Source: an uncultured Persicitalea sp. (GTDB lineage Bacteria; Bacteroidota; Bacteroidia; Cytophagales; Spirosomataceae). Taken from it: a stretch of 57,527 nucleotides of DNA. Position numbers and translations under genes: made by a program. This document shows positions 36,038-45,271 of this stretch, in pieces; the stretch's first letter is position 1; each line of letters starts with the position of its first letter. Location: assembly GCA_950075905.1 (NCBI GenBank), contig CATMVR010000001.1, positions 1-57,527 of the forward strand, written 5' to 3'. The notes beneath the pieces were generated by a model. The model was not told the origin of the DNA. It worked only from the letters and a program-made list of their open reading frames with translations, and ran no database searches.

Positions 36038-36454
36038 ATGTCCTCAAACCCCGAAATTCACGAAAAACTCGACGAGATCTATACCGAACCTGAGGCGATA
36101 GCCTTCTTCAACAAGCTGGTATTCTCCCTTTGCCTTCAACTCATTGTACTCGCCAAAAGGGAGAGCGGCGAACTGACGGCAGAGGAGGCCGACCGGATGT
36201 ACAAGAAACCCAGCGAAAAGATGCTGCTGGAACCCTACGGCATCAGCTACCTGCAATACAGGGCCCTGAAGGAAGGCAAGGGCACCGGTCCGGTCATGAT
36301 GACCTTCAAGCGGGTGGTGGAGAGGAACGGATACGATTTCGACAAGCTCTACTATTCGGAAGAGCTGATAGATATGGCCCTGGAAAAGCTCAGCGATATC
36401 CGAAAGCAAAAGCAGACGCTTAATGCCATGAAGGCTAAACTGACCAGTAGTTAA
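36038..36454 (+). CDS. Hypothetical 138-aa helical protein
   Basis: Clean ATG ORF followed by an intrinsic terminator. No motif recognised. Confidence 0.55.
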   Translation: MSSNPEIHEKLDEIYTEPEAIAFFNKLVFSLCLQLIVLAKRESGELTAEEADRMYKKPSEKMLLEPYGISYLQYRALKEGKGTGPVMMTFKRVVERNGYDFDKLYYSEELIDMALEKLSDIRKQKQTLNAMKAKLTSS

Positions 36455-36460
36455 GCATTT

Positions 36461-37045
36461 TCATTCAATCCGGAATACTCTACTCCCAGACGCCTTTTCG
36501 GCGTCTTTTTTTTCTACAGCTGACTCGTAGAGTGTGAGGTAGGGTAGGGGATCTACCCATTTGCCATTTTTACGAAGGCTGTAATGCAAATGATAACCGG
36601 TTGCCATACCGGATTGTCCCATTACCCCGATTACCTCACCTGCCTGTATCCGATCTCCTATCACTACGTATATCTCGCTCAAATGCCCGTAGCCACTTTC
36701 GTATCCCGAGGGATGCGCGATGGAGATATTCTTTCCCAGTCCTGTTTGTTCGCCCGCAAACCTTACAATTCCTTCACCAGTTGCGTGGACGAACTGAAAC
36801 CCTTTAGAACATGCCAGGTCAATCCCGTAATGCATTCTGTATTTCCTATCCATAGGATGATACCGCATCCCGAACTGAGAGGTAACGTAGGGATATTCGC
36901 TGTATTGTAACGGGCATAGGGCGGGCACTTCACTCAGAGGGCTGCTTTTCAACTCATTCTTCCTTCCCCCATTCTCTTGTGCCCAACAGCTTATACACGC
37001 CAGGAGCGCACCCATCAAACTTCCCCAGCTACCGGCACTCATCAT
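36461..37045 (-). CDS. M23-family metallopeptidase (peptidoglycan hydrolase, likely conjugation-associated)
   Basis: The ATG at 37045 gives MMSAGSWGSLMGALLACISCWAQ, a signal peptide. M23 motifs: HYGIDLA (HxxxD) and TGYHLHYSL (HxH). Confidence 0.85.
   Translation of the reverse strand: MMSAGSWGSLMGALLACISCWAQENGGRKNELKSSPLSEVPALCPLQYSEYPYVTSQFGMRYHPMDRKYRMHYGIDLACSKGFQFVHATGEGIVRFAGEQTGLGKNISIAHPSGYESGYGHLSEIYVVIGDRIQAGEVIGVMGQSGMATGYHLHYSLRKNGKWVDPLPYLTLYESAVEKKDAEKASGSRVFRIE
36488..36513 (+). terminator. Intrinsic terminator after the 36038-36454 gene (embedded in the last codons of the convergent M23 gene)
   Basis: AGACGCC (36488-36494) pairs with GGCGTCT (36500-36506) around a 5-nt loop, followed by a T-run (36507-36513). 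Confidence 0.55.
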
Positions 37046-37121
37046 TTCATTGAAAAAAATAAAAATATTAAATTTATAATTACAAATATATAATTTATAA
37101 ATTTGGTTCAATGAGAATTTA

Positions 37122-37418
37122 ATGCTGCTCATAATTCCCCGAATCATGCGGAAGGACATCAGCATTCAGAAGAATTTCAGCAAACAAACCTTACGCACGC
37201 CCATGAGAACGGTAACCGGAGATCAAGCAAAATTTTCCATGGAGTACCTCTTCGCAACGTACGGAGAGGATGCTCTGCAGCCTTGTCAGATCATGGATTC
37301 AGAGGAGGAAGTAATCACCGTGCCGAAAATAAGGGAGCGGATGACCATTGACGAGTGGTTTGGGCTACCCCAGGAATTCAGGCTATTCGTGTTGAAGGCA
37401 TTCTACGCCAATCTCTGA
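37122..37418 (+). CDS. Small hypothetical protein, paralog of 50560-50859
   Basis: The C-terminal 55 aa (YGEDALQPCQIMDSEEEVITVPKIRERMTIDEWFGLPQEFRLFVLKAFYANL) align with YGHNALQPRYLTFPGPGGEEEILLVPRLRYEMGEEAWEELCPDFREKVLRLFYEKL. The exact start is uncertain. Confidence 0.5.
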   Translation: MLLIIPRIMRKDISIQKNFSKQTLRTPMRTVTGDQAKFSMEYLFATYGEDALQPCQIMDSEEEVITVPKIRERMTIDEWFGLPQEFRLFVLKAFYANL

Positions 37419-37479
37419 CCGCGTCAACCGGCGCGCAATCGGTAGCCCCTTACCAGTAAAAATCCAATCTCATAAGACC

Positions 37480-39792
37480 ATGAACAAGCCCATTAACTTT
37501 ATCAACAATGACCAGGTGGAGCTTTTCAATCAACTGAATAGCAAAGAAGTACGATACCTGGCCTTCGGTAGCTTTTCCATCAATTCGTACGAGCAGGCCC
37601 GGACTGATAGCACTGTGAAACTGTGGGTGGAGCCAAGCGGGGAAAATCTGCGGCGGCTCAACGAAGCCCTTCTGGAAACGGGAAAGCCTGCACTAAGCCT
37701 GAATTTTGATCCCCAACGCAAAAGGCCAATTGATATGGTCAACGGACAGGTGTCCCGGGACCGGATCGGGGTGGACTTTTATCCTGCGGTCAATGGATTT
37801 ACCCAGGCTGACTTTGCCCGCCTGCACGAACGCCGGGAAAGCATACCGGCCCAGGAACTGGCGCAGGATGCCCTTGACAAATCAGTTTCCATCAGCCACA
37901 TGTCTTTGCCCGACCTGTACCACAATACCGGCCATACGAGGGGCAAGGCTAAGGAGTACAACCTGACGGTACTGTATAAGGCCGCTGATGCATTTGGGGT
38001 AAAGGCACCGGATCTACCCCAGCCATCTGCTTACCTAACATTGGATACCGAAAAACAGGAATCGAAGATATCTTCTGGGAAAAAATCGAAACAACCGACT
38101 TTCGAAAAGAGGGATTTTCAGCAAATCAGGCAGGAACTGGATATGGAAGTAGTCCTGCAGCACTATGGCTACCAGTTGAGCTCCAAGACCAAACCGAAGG
38201 ATGTATGGCGGGTCTATAAGTCCGGTCTCGAAGGCGATAGCCAGCGATTTGCCGTCATGACCAATCCCAGGAGCGGGTACAAGGGGTTTGTGGAATTGAA
38301 CAACACCTCCCTCCGCGGGGATGTGTTTGAATTTATCCGGTACAAGGAGGGAGATTACAAAAATGCCTTCCGGGTGGTGGATGAAATCCTGGGCAACCCC
38401 CACTATGAGCGGAAGGCCGCCCAGGTGGCTCCCCTCACCCCGGCCCAACCCCGGCAATATTTGCAGGATGAGAAGCTCCGGCAGTCGGACCTGATCAGGG
38501 AATACGGGATCAGTCACTTTGCCGATAGTCATTCGGACTACCTGACTGCTAAAAGAATGATTGGTACGGATACAGTCCATGCTCCCGAGTTCAAGCACCA
38601 GATCCTGACGACGGTTCGCGGTGAACACACTAATGTGGCCTTTCCACTCACCTCCGCCAAGGGGAATATCCTGTCGATGGACATCCGGAACGAAAACTTC
38701 AAGAGCTTTCCACCGGGAACTAAAGGCGACGCCCTTTGGAAAAGCAACGAACACGCGGTATTGGTGGAAGAGGGGACCTTTAAGGTAAGTGATAAGGAAA
38801 TCAAGTTAGAAAAAGGCACATCTGGTACCATTTCGAAATCCAACGGTACTTTGACCTTCCACACCCGTCATCCTCAGGAAGGAAACATTTCATTTTCCGT
38901 TGACAAAAACACTATTGCAACAATTCCCACCAACCGGATCGTCATTTCCGAATCACCGATTGACTCCCTTTCCTACCATCAGCTCTCCCCGCCCCAGCCG
39001 GGCGAGTACCGCCGGTATGTGTCAGCGGCGGGCAACCCCTCGCGCGAACAGATTCAGCAAATAGAGACCTTTGTGCAGAATAACCCCCAGGCCCAGTTCG
39101 TGATCGGGATGGATGGAAATCCTACGGGAAACCGGTTCGCTATCAATCTGCTGGGCACAAAACATCCCCAGCGGAACGATCGCTTCGCGATTATTCCGCA
39201 TGTGGTGTACAACAACCCCACACCGGCAACCGGAGAGGGGGGCGAACCTAAGGAATCAAAAGAAGGGGAACACAATCTGCTGACGCTTGAAATCCGGCAT
39301 CCCATTGCCAGGGAAGCCACCTACGAACACGCAAAATCAGAGAATGAAAGCGTGATCGAAAGACTGCTGGACAAAATGAACCTGTTCCAGCCCCGGGACA
39401 AAAAGGCGGTGGAAACCCTCCGGGAAAATTTGATTGAAACTAGTTCCCAGACCCTCCGAACCGTGACCGAAATCAAATTCCCCAACCGGGGCCGGTTGCT
39501 GGAGACGGCCCTGGATCAGCTTTCCGCCGAAATTGAAAAACGGGATGGTCAAAAACTCACGGCCGTCATTCGACCCACGGCCTCCCAGAATGATTTCAAT
39601 GACGTGCTGCGGAACCGAAGCGGAAAAAGCCTGCCGGAGTCGAGCAATCTTATTTTGGGTAAGGTGCCTGAGCTGACAATGTTGAACAATACCAAAACCC
39701 AGGGGTTGAAGAACGAGGAAGTGCTGAGGCCTGAAACTACGAGCTCAGACTCAGACCAGAACTTACCGCAGCGGCGAGTCAGGCGGATGTGA
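37480..39792 (+). CDS. Toprim-domain, primase-like conjugative element protein (DUF3991/Toprim architecture) with N-terminal nucleotidyltransferase-fold-like segment
   Basis: 770 aa. The central part VLQHYGYQLSS..WRVYKSG..RFAVMTN resembles zinc-less primase N-domains. The Toprim-like part is RIVISESPIDSLSY .. FVIGMDGNPTGNRFA. The N-terminal 70 aa resemble minimal NTase-fold proteins (ELFNQLNSKEVRYLAFGSFSIN..). Confidence 0.65.
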   Translation: MNKPINFINNDQVELFNQLNSKEVRYLAFGSFSINSYEQARTDSTVKLWVEPSGENLRRLNEALLETGKPALSLNFDPQRKRPIDMVNGQVSRDRIGVDFYPAVNGFTQADFARLHERRESIPAQELAQDALDKSVSISHMSLPDLYHNTGHTRGKAKEYNLTVLYKAADAFGVKAPDLPQPSAYLTLDTEKQESKISSGKKSKQPTFEKRDFQQIRQELDMEVVLQHYGYQLSSKTKPKDVWRVYKSGLEGDSQRFAVMTNPRSGYKGFVELNNTSLRGDVFEFIRYKEGDYKNAFRVVDEILGNPHYERKAAQVAPLTPAQPRQYLQDEKLRQSDLIREYGISHFADSHSDYLTAKRMIGTDTVHAPEFKHQILTTVRGEHTNVAFPLTSAKGNILSMDIRNENFKSFPPGTKGDALWKSNEHAVLVEEGTFKVSDKEIKLEKGTSGTISKSNGTLTFHTRHPQEGNISFSVDKNTIATIPTNRIVISESPIDSLSYHQLSPPQPGEYRRYVSAAGNPSREQIQQIETFVQNNPQAQFVIGMDGNPTGNRFAINLLGTKHPQRNDRFAIIPHVVYNNPTPATGEGGEPKESKEGEHNLLTLEIRHPIAREATYEHAKSENESVIERLLDKMNLFQPRDKKAVETLRENLIETSSQTLRTVTEIKFPNRGRLLETALDQLSAEIEKRDGQKLTAVIRPTASQNDFNDVLRNRSGKSLPESSNLILGKVPELTMLNNTKTQGLKNEEVLRPETTSSDSDQNLPQRRVRRM

Positions 39793-40642
39793 AAATCCTT
39801 TCGAACAGTCCGGCAAGTTCCTCCTTCACCGCATCATACTCAGGAAGTGCGGCGGTGGGTACCTGATGGCTTAGGCTGTTGCGCCAGGCCATCTTCACCG
39901 CCCGGTCATTTTTGGGATTGATCAGTTGATCCACTCCGTGAAATTCCAGTCCCTTGTAGCGCATCTTCTCACGGAAAGCCCCGACGATGCTGCTCCAATC
40001 CAAATCCGGGGTGTTACGCGAAAGGTACCAGATGTCGTAGTAGTCTCTTGGGGCAGTGTAGGAGCGCTGGATCAGGGCCCGAATTTTTTCCGACAGTACT
40101 TCCCGGAGGTCGTAGCAGGGAATGGGCTGACTGCCGATGAGTGCATCGGAATACGGGTGATGCAGCGCTCGTTCCACCGGATCGAATATTATTTTCTCGT
40201 AGAGGATGATCTCCACTTTGATTTTGGATTGCCATCTTTCCGGGGGAGGAGGTGCGTCATTCTTACCATGGTCGGCTCCCCAGTATTTCACAATCGCCTC
40301 GTATCCCGTTGGCTTGTCCTTATGCTTCAAAGCCCTCAATGAGACGATGTGCGTCCGGATGCTGGCATGCGTGTGAAGCTTTTCACAGATTTTCCCCAAG
40401 TGCGCTTCGGTAAACTCGAAATCAGGGACTACCGCCGTGAAGTCAAGGTCCTCGGAGAACCGGTAGTCCGAAAACCAGCACTTCCGCAGACAGGTGCCTC
40501 CCTTGAACACAAGCTGGCTTTTTAGCTCTGGAAAGGAATACAGGACGGACAGGAAGTGACCCAGCACCCAATCCTTGTCAATTACGGCTTTGGTCACACC
40601 CGCCTGTTCGGCTATGGTGGAAATTTCTTTCTGAAGAATCAT
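39779..40642 (-). CDS. AbiEii/AbiGii-family nucleotidyltransferase toxin (type IV TA, DUF1814)
   Basis: Signature FKGGTCLRKCWFSDYRFSEDLDFT. 287 aa, 2 nt downstream of the AbiEi-like gene. Its 3' end overlaps the convergent Toprim gene by 14 nt. Confidence 0.88.
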   Translation of the reverse strand: MILQKEISTIAEQAGVTKAVIDKDWVLGHFLSVLYSFPELKSQLVFKGGTCLRKCWFSDYRFSEDLDFTAVVPDFEFTEAHLGKICEKLHTHASIRTHIVSLRALKHKDKPTGYEAIVKYWGADHGKNDAPPPPERWQSKIKVEIILYEKIIFDPVERALHHPYSDALIGSQPIPCYDLREVLSEKIRALIQRSYTAPRDYYDIWYLSRNTPDLDWSSIVGAFREKMRYKGLEFHGVDQLINPKNDRAVKMAWRNSLSHQVPTAALPEYDAVKEELAGLFERIFTSA

Positions 40643-40644
40643 GA

Positions 40645-41445
40645 TCAGTACTGCCGGTGGATAATGTTTTTCAGGTCTTCCTCAGAGATATTCATGCGGA
40701 GTTTCCAACTACTGACATATTCCCCTTCCTCGTTCCCGGCCGGATCAAAAACAGTGTACTTTTCATGGACCAAAGTTTTTGCATACCGTACGAAATCCCG
40801 CAATTGCCTTTTCCCGAAACGCTCGGCCAGATAGCCCATGCGCCTGGTCGCCGATCCATTGCGGTTGGCCCGGCAGGCCCCGATCAGGCTTTCGCTGTGT
40901 ACATCAGCCTCCCGGAAGGCACGGATGAGTTCGGCGTAGCCCCCCGAGTACTGCGGTAGGTCAAAACAGTCGGCCAGGGTCTTTTCCAGAGAAGTGACGC
41001 GGTAGCGGTGGTTGCCATATCCTTCCCATATCACCCCCATCTGCTTATGGGGCGCTATTTTCACAAATTTGTAATACACCCCGAATACGGTTTTGTCCTG
41101 CTTTACTTTGGTGGTTTGCACAAACACCGAGTTGGGAAACTGCTCGGTAAGCCCGTAGTGGTGCAGGGCCGACCAGTAGGCGATCACCCCATCGGCTACC
41201 AGGTAGTTGCCGATCACATGTTCTTCCCGGAAACCGTAGCGACAGTACTTGCCCCGCTCGATTCGGGACAGAATCCGCTTGTCCGCCAGATTTTCCAGGA
41301 GCGCAGGCAGGTCCTCCACCTCATCCCCCAGGCGGTTCCGAATCTCATCCAGCGTGAAGATGTCCAGCTCATGATCATTTAGCAACAGCATGAAGTCAAT
41401 CTGCCTGGGCGTGAGATTTTCCGATAGATAGGTTCCTTGTGACAT
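40645..41445 (-). CDS. AbiEi-family antitoxin / transcriptional regulator
   Basis: 266 aa with an N-terminal winged-HTH-like region (FTLDEIRNRLGD..LLENLADKRILSRIERGKY). It lies immediately upstream of the AbiEii toxin gene in canonical order. Confidence 0.75.
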   Translation of the reverse strand: MSQGTYLSENLTPRQIDFMLLLNDHELDIFTLDEIRNRLGDEVEDLPALLENLADKRILSRIERGKYCRYGFREEHVIGNYLVADGVIAYWSALHHYGLTEQFPNSVFVQTTKVKQDKTVFGVYYKFVKIAPHKQMGVIWEGYGNHRYRVTSLEKTLADCFDLPQYSGGYAELIRAFREADVHSESLIGACRANRNGSATRRMGYLAERFGKRQLRDFVRYAKTLVHEKYTVFDPAGNEEGEYVSSWKLRMNISEEDLKNIIHRQY

Positions 41446-41824
41446 AACCTTTTGTATTAAGATAAACCCTATAACTTTGGGTTTATCATTAAACGATTAG
41501 TAAAGTTAGTGATAAACATTCACAACTCCAATTCTGATCGAGTCCAAATCAGTAAATAGTGTTGGGATAGCTGTGTAGTACAAAGAAAGATAGAATAAAA
41601 TATTTGTACAAATTTAATATAAGAAGATAGAACAAAATGAAAATATGATCTCAAAATTTATCTTTGATGCATTAAAATTCCATAAATATTGAACAAATGG
41701 GAAGAGGAGATTTTATACTAAATAGTACTATTCAAAGTTGTATCAAACAGCAAAAAGCTGTATATTTAGTATAGTTAAAGCGGTTGACAGACCGCCATTT
41801 TCAAACCTCTTACTTTTTGTTATC

Positions 41825-42730
41825 ATGGAAAATCAACATCCATCCCTTGTTACCTCCCTGTCTGATTGGGAGGTGGTCCAGTCCGAAATCTCTACCTTAT
41901 TCCAGGGGGATTTTCAGCAACTTTCCGGCCACAAAGCCCTGCTTCGCTCCGATACCGGAGCCCTGTTGAATGTATGCAAATTGGGCTATAACCCCATGTC
42001 CAATGCAGCATTTATCCGAAGCGTGGAGCGGTTCTCTGACGTAACCCGGTTTCCTATTGAGGCAATCTATGAATTAGAAGGAGGCCGGAAAATGCTCGGC
42101 TTCCTCAAATGCACCGAAACCTTTGAGGTAGGCGGATTCAGTTTTTGCGATCACCTGATGATTGGCAACAGTCACGACGGTAGCACTACCTTCTTTGTGG
42201 GAAATTCCAACATGATGGTACGGTGTAAAAACCGCTTTGCCCGGCAGTTCCGGTCTCTAAAAGTCAAGCATTCCTACAACCTGGAAGTGGGGGTAGAGAG
42301 GATACAGGAGGAGTTTCACAACTACCGCAAAAGCCTCACGGACTACTACAACAGCCTGTATGCCTTCTCGAAGGTGGAAGTATCCAAAGAAATTCACGAT
42401 AGTTTGGTAGCCCGCATTGCCAATCTCAGCCGCGAGGAACGGTTAGGCCAGGAGGAAATCAGTACGAGAAAGAAGAACATCATCACCAGTATCGAAGCCA
42501 GTCTTCAGGCAGAAATGCAGGCCACCGGGTTCACGTTGTTTGGCCTTTTCAATGGCCTGACGCACTATACCTCCCACGTGATGAAGAATACGAGCGACAA
42601 TGAACTGTCCATGTTCAACCGGGCCGAAAAGATCAACGCCGGCGGCTATGCCCATTGCCTGAGCCTGTCCAACGGACACCGGATCCTGAAGGCAACTGAT
42701 TTGGATGTATTCAGCGGATTAATTGCCTGA
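41825..42730 (+). CDS. DUF932-family protein (common conjugative-element/leading-region protein)
   Basis: ATG at 41825 (MENQHPSL..), with the motif LMIGNSHDGSTTFFVGNSNMMVRCKNRF typical of DUF932/DUF945 proteins. Confidence 0.78.
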   Translation: MENQHPSLVTSLSDWEVVQSEISTLFQGDFQQLSGHKALLRSDTGALLNVCKLGYNPMSNAAFIRSVERFSDVTRFPIEAIYELEGGRKMLGFLKCTETFEVGGFSFCDHLMIGNSHDGSTTFFVGNSNMMVRCKNRFARQFRSLKVKHSYNLEVGVERIQEEFHNYRKSLTDYYNSLYAFSKVEVSKEIHDSLVARIANLSREERLGQEEISTRKKNIITSIEASLQAEMQATGFTLFGLFNGLTHYTSHVMKNTSDNELSMFNRAEKINAGGYAHCLSLSNGHRILKATDLDVFSGLIA

Positions 42731-42740
42731 TTTACTCACA

Positions 42741-42772
42741 AACCCTCCGGTCTTTTACCGGACCGGAGGGTT
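42741..42772 (+). terminator. Strong hairpin after the DUF932 gene (12-bp stem, no U-tract)
   Basis: AACCCTCCGGTC (42741-42752) pairs with GACCGGAGGGTT (42761-42772). Downstream sequence is A-rich rather than T-rich, so terminator function is uncertain. Confidence 0.35.
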
Positions 42773-42786
42773 CAAAAATACGACTT

Positions 42787-43008
42787 ATGAAAAATCTGGA
42801 TAACATGCTTACAAGGGAAATGTCCTGTTTGGCTTGTGAAGAGGTGAAGGTCTACCTGCTTCGAAATCATGACCTATATGTATTTGGGAGTGAAAGCGCC
42901 TGCCGCACGGTATTGAATTGCATAGCTAGCAGCAAAACGGGTGCAATGCTAAAGTTTACCGCCGATCCGTGGTACCAATGGTATCTTGTAGTACCTGATT
43001 ATTGCTGA
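42787..43008 (+). CDS. Hypothetical 73-aa protein
   Basis: ATG ORF located between the hairpin and a strong bidirectional terminator. No motif recognised. Confidence 0.35.
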   Translation: MKNLDNMLTREMSCLACEEVKVYLLRNHDLYVFGSESACRTVLNCIASSKTGAMLKFTADPWYQWYLVVPDYC

Positions 43009-43030
43009 AAACGAAAACGCGCACAAAAAA

Positions 43031-43062
43031 ATCGGCGGGCCTTGGAGCCCGCCGATTTTTTT
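43031..43062 (+). terminator. Bidirectional Rho-independent terminator
   Basis: ATCGGCGGGC (43031-43040) pairs with GCCCGCCGAT (43047-43056) around a 6-nt loop, flanked by AAAAAAA upstream and TTTTTT downstream. Confidence 0.75.
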
Positions 43063-43155
43063 GTGTACAACCTACTCTTAGAAATTGGAGTAGAACACAA
43101 CATATTGTTAATTTAAACAAAAAACATAAATTTGATATATCATAATTTATAATAA

Positions 43156-43626
43156 ATGGATAAAATGGAAAACCAAAGTAGGGAAACCGGGGAGGGGTAT
43201 TTCTCGAACCGGATCAGGCACTATCTGATTGAACACCATCCTGACCTTGTGAAAGCGGAGAACTTCCACAAGAAAGCGGAGGCATACGCGCAACAGGCCA
43301 TTCAGCTTTTCCTGGCTTACGATCAGGCGGGGATGGCGGCCTACGAAGCTATGGATCGGGCCCTGGTGGAAACCCTGGAAGGGATACGCTCGCCTAACGG
43401 AATCTTGACAGACTTCCTGATGGATCACCGGAAAATTCTGGTAGCTCTATACCCAAAAGTTGAGATAGAAGAGCCCCAAGTGTTGCAAACGATCCTGCGC
43501 GAAAACTACCGCCAGCTACTCGCCGTGATGAATGCGCCTACCCCGGAAGTGGCAAAAAGAGCCCGCCAGAAGCTCTTTCAGGGGGTATTGAAAACGCTTT
43601 CTGAAACTTCCCCTCCCACCTCCTGA
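43156..43626 (+). CDS. Hypothetical protein, DUF1896-like (usual upstream partner of CTn methylase-helicase genes)
   Basis: 156-aa helical protein ending 10 nt before the methylase ORF. The family name is assigned from remembered synteny in Bacteroides CTns, not from a motif. Confidence 0.5.
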   Translation: MDKMENQSRETGEGYFSNRIRHYLIEHHPDLVKAENFHKKAEAYAQQAIQLFLAYDQAGMAAYEAMDRALVETLEGIRSPNGILTDFLMDHRKILVALYPKVEIEEPQVLQTILRENYRQLLAVMNAPTPEVAKRARQKLFQGVLKTLSETSPPTS

Positions 43627-43636
43627 CCATCCTGAC

Positions 43637-45211
43637 ATGAGTAAGACAGAACAGATGCGGGCAAATCTTTCTGCCCTGGAACTGGTCTTCCGGCTGGGGC
43701 AGGAAGGGCGGAAGGCGACTACTGACGAAAAGGAAGTATTAACTGGGTACGTCGGTTTTGGGGGCCTCAGCGAGATTTTGATTGATCCCCGAGAGAACTT
43801 CCTTTGGACGCCGGCCAATCAAAGGCTAAGGCCATTGGTCATGGCGTTTCATGAAATGCTTGAAAAAGAGAATCCCGGTCGAAAAGAGGAGTATGTCCAA
43901 TCGGCTAGAAATAGCGTGCTCACTGGATTTTATACGCCCCTGCCGATCATTCGCGCTTTTTCAGAGGCACTTCGGGAAGCAGGTATTTCACCAAATTCGG
44001 TTCTGGACCCTTCCGCCGGCAGCGGTCGGTTTATGGAGGTACTACGCACTGCCCATACCCCCGCTGAGGTAGTGATGTACGAAAAGGACCTGTTGACCGG
44101 CCTACTACTCTCGGCTAAATCCACCGACCGGGTCCGGATTGAAGGCTTTGAAAACACGGGAGGAACTTATGCCAACCGTTTTGACCTAGTGACAAGTAAC
44201 ATCCCCTTTGGCAGCATTCCGGTTTTCGATCCCTACTTTGCCAGAAAGGGAGAAGTCGAGAACCAGGCCACCTCGCTGATTCACAATTACTTTTTCCTGA
44301 AAAGTATCGAACTGGCCCGCCCCGGCGGATTGGTTGCCCTGATAACCACCGATTCCTTTGCCAATACGGCGGGAAACAGGATTTTCCGGGAAAATCTGCT
44401 GAGAAAGGCCTCGCTTGTCTCCGCTGTCCGGCTCCCCCACACCCTTTTTCAGGAATCGGGGACAGAAGTAGGCTCGGATTTTATTGTCGTTCAAAAAAGG
44501 AATAAACCCAGCAGTACTTTCTCCCCGGAAGAAAAGCTATTTCTGGAAACGACGGTAGATTTGTATGAGTCGGCGATTGCACCATCCAACGGCTATTTTG
44601 ACGCCTTTCCGGAGCGTATCATTCACACGGATCGGGAGCTATCCACTAACCAGTACGGAAAGCCCGCCCTGATTTATTCACACAGCGGTGGATCGCAAAA
44701 AGTAGGGGAGGAGCTAGCAGCAATTTTCGCTAATGATTTCAATCAAAATATCAACCGCATACTATATGAATCAAAAGCAAACCAGGTTCAGCGGTCAAAA
44801 GATACCCCGGCGGGCCAACTAAGCCTTTTCTCCCAACCCGGCAATCAGGAGCTGCCGCCTACGAACCCTGTACCCTTTACGGGTACGTATTATAATCACC
44901 TGGTGGAAGGTAGCGTGGTAGCTCAGGAAGGAAAGCTTGGTAGGTTGGCCACGGATGAAGCGGGTACCCTGGTATGCCAGCCGCTACGACTCACCACCCG
45001 ACAACGCGACCTCTGGCAATCGTTGTTGAATATTCGCGAAAGCTACTTCCAGTTGGTACACCAGGAACGGGACCGGGGACAGGAAGCACCGGTACAACGG
45101 GAGCAGCTCAATCGTAGCTACGATGGATTCAGGGATCGGTTCGGATGCCTGAAAGACAAAGCCAATTTGGATACTGTACTCTTGGATCCAACAGGCAGAC
45201 AGCTGCTCTAG
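43637..45211 (+). CDS. N6-adenine DNA methyltransferase module (N-terminal part of an interrupted methylase-helicase gene)
   Basis: AdoMet motif VLDPSAGSGRFM and catalytic motif DLVTSNIPFG (NPPF/Y variant). It ends at TAG 45209-45211, and the same frame continues open afterwards. Confidence 0.85.
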   Translation: MSKTEQMRANLSALELVFRLGQEGRKATTDEKEVLTGYVGFGGLSEILIDPRENFLWTPANQRLRPLVMAFHEMLEKENPGRKEEYVQSARNSVLTGFYTPLPIIRAFSEALREAGISPNSVLDPSAGSGRFMEVLRTAHTPAEVVMYEKDLLTGLLLSAKSTDRVRIEGFENTGGTYANRFDLVTSNIPFGSIPVFDPYFARKGEVENQATSLIHNYFFLKSIELARPGGLVALITTDSFANTAGNRIFRENLLRKASLVSAVRLPHTLFQESGTEVGSDFIVVQKRNKPSSTFSPEEKLFLETTVDLYESAIAPSNGYFDAFPERIIHTDRELSTNQYGKPALIYSHSGGSQKVGEELAAIFANDFNQNINRILYESKANQVQRSKDTPAGQLSLFSQPGNQELPPTNPVPFTGTYYNHLVEGSVVAQEGKLGRLATDEAGTLVCQPLRLTTRQRDLWQSLLNIRESYFQLVHQERDRGQEAPVQREQLNRSYDGFRDRFGCLKDKANLDTVLLDPTGRQLL

Positions 45212-45271
45212 CTGGAAGTATACAACGAGCAGAAGAAAACGTATGAAAAATCGGACATTTTTAGAAGCCCG

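Noticed and set aside
45209-45211. The idea that TAG is generally read as a sense codon in this organism, which would make the methylase-helicase intact.
   Set aside because: TAG terminates well-delimited genes in the same window: traM at 16690-16692, with the traN start overlapping it, and the helicase ORF itself at 48680-48682. Global reassignment is therefore not supported; only local readthrough or a mutation remains possible.
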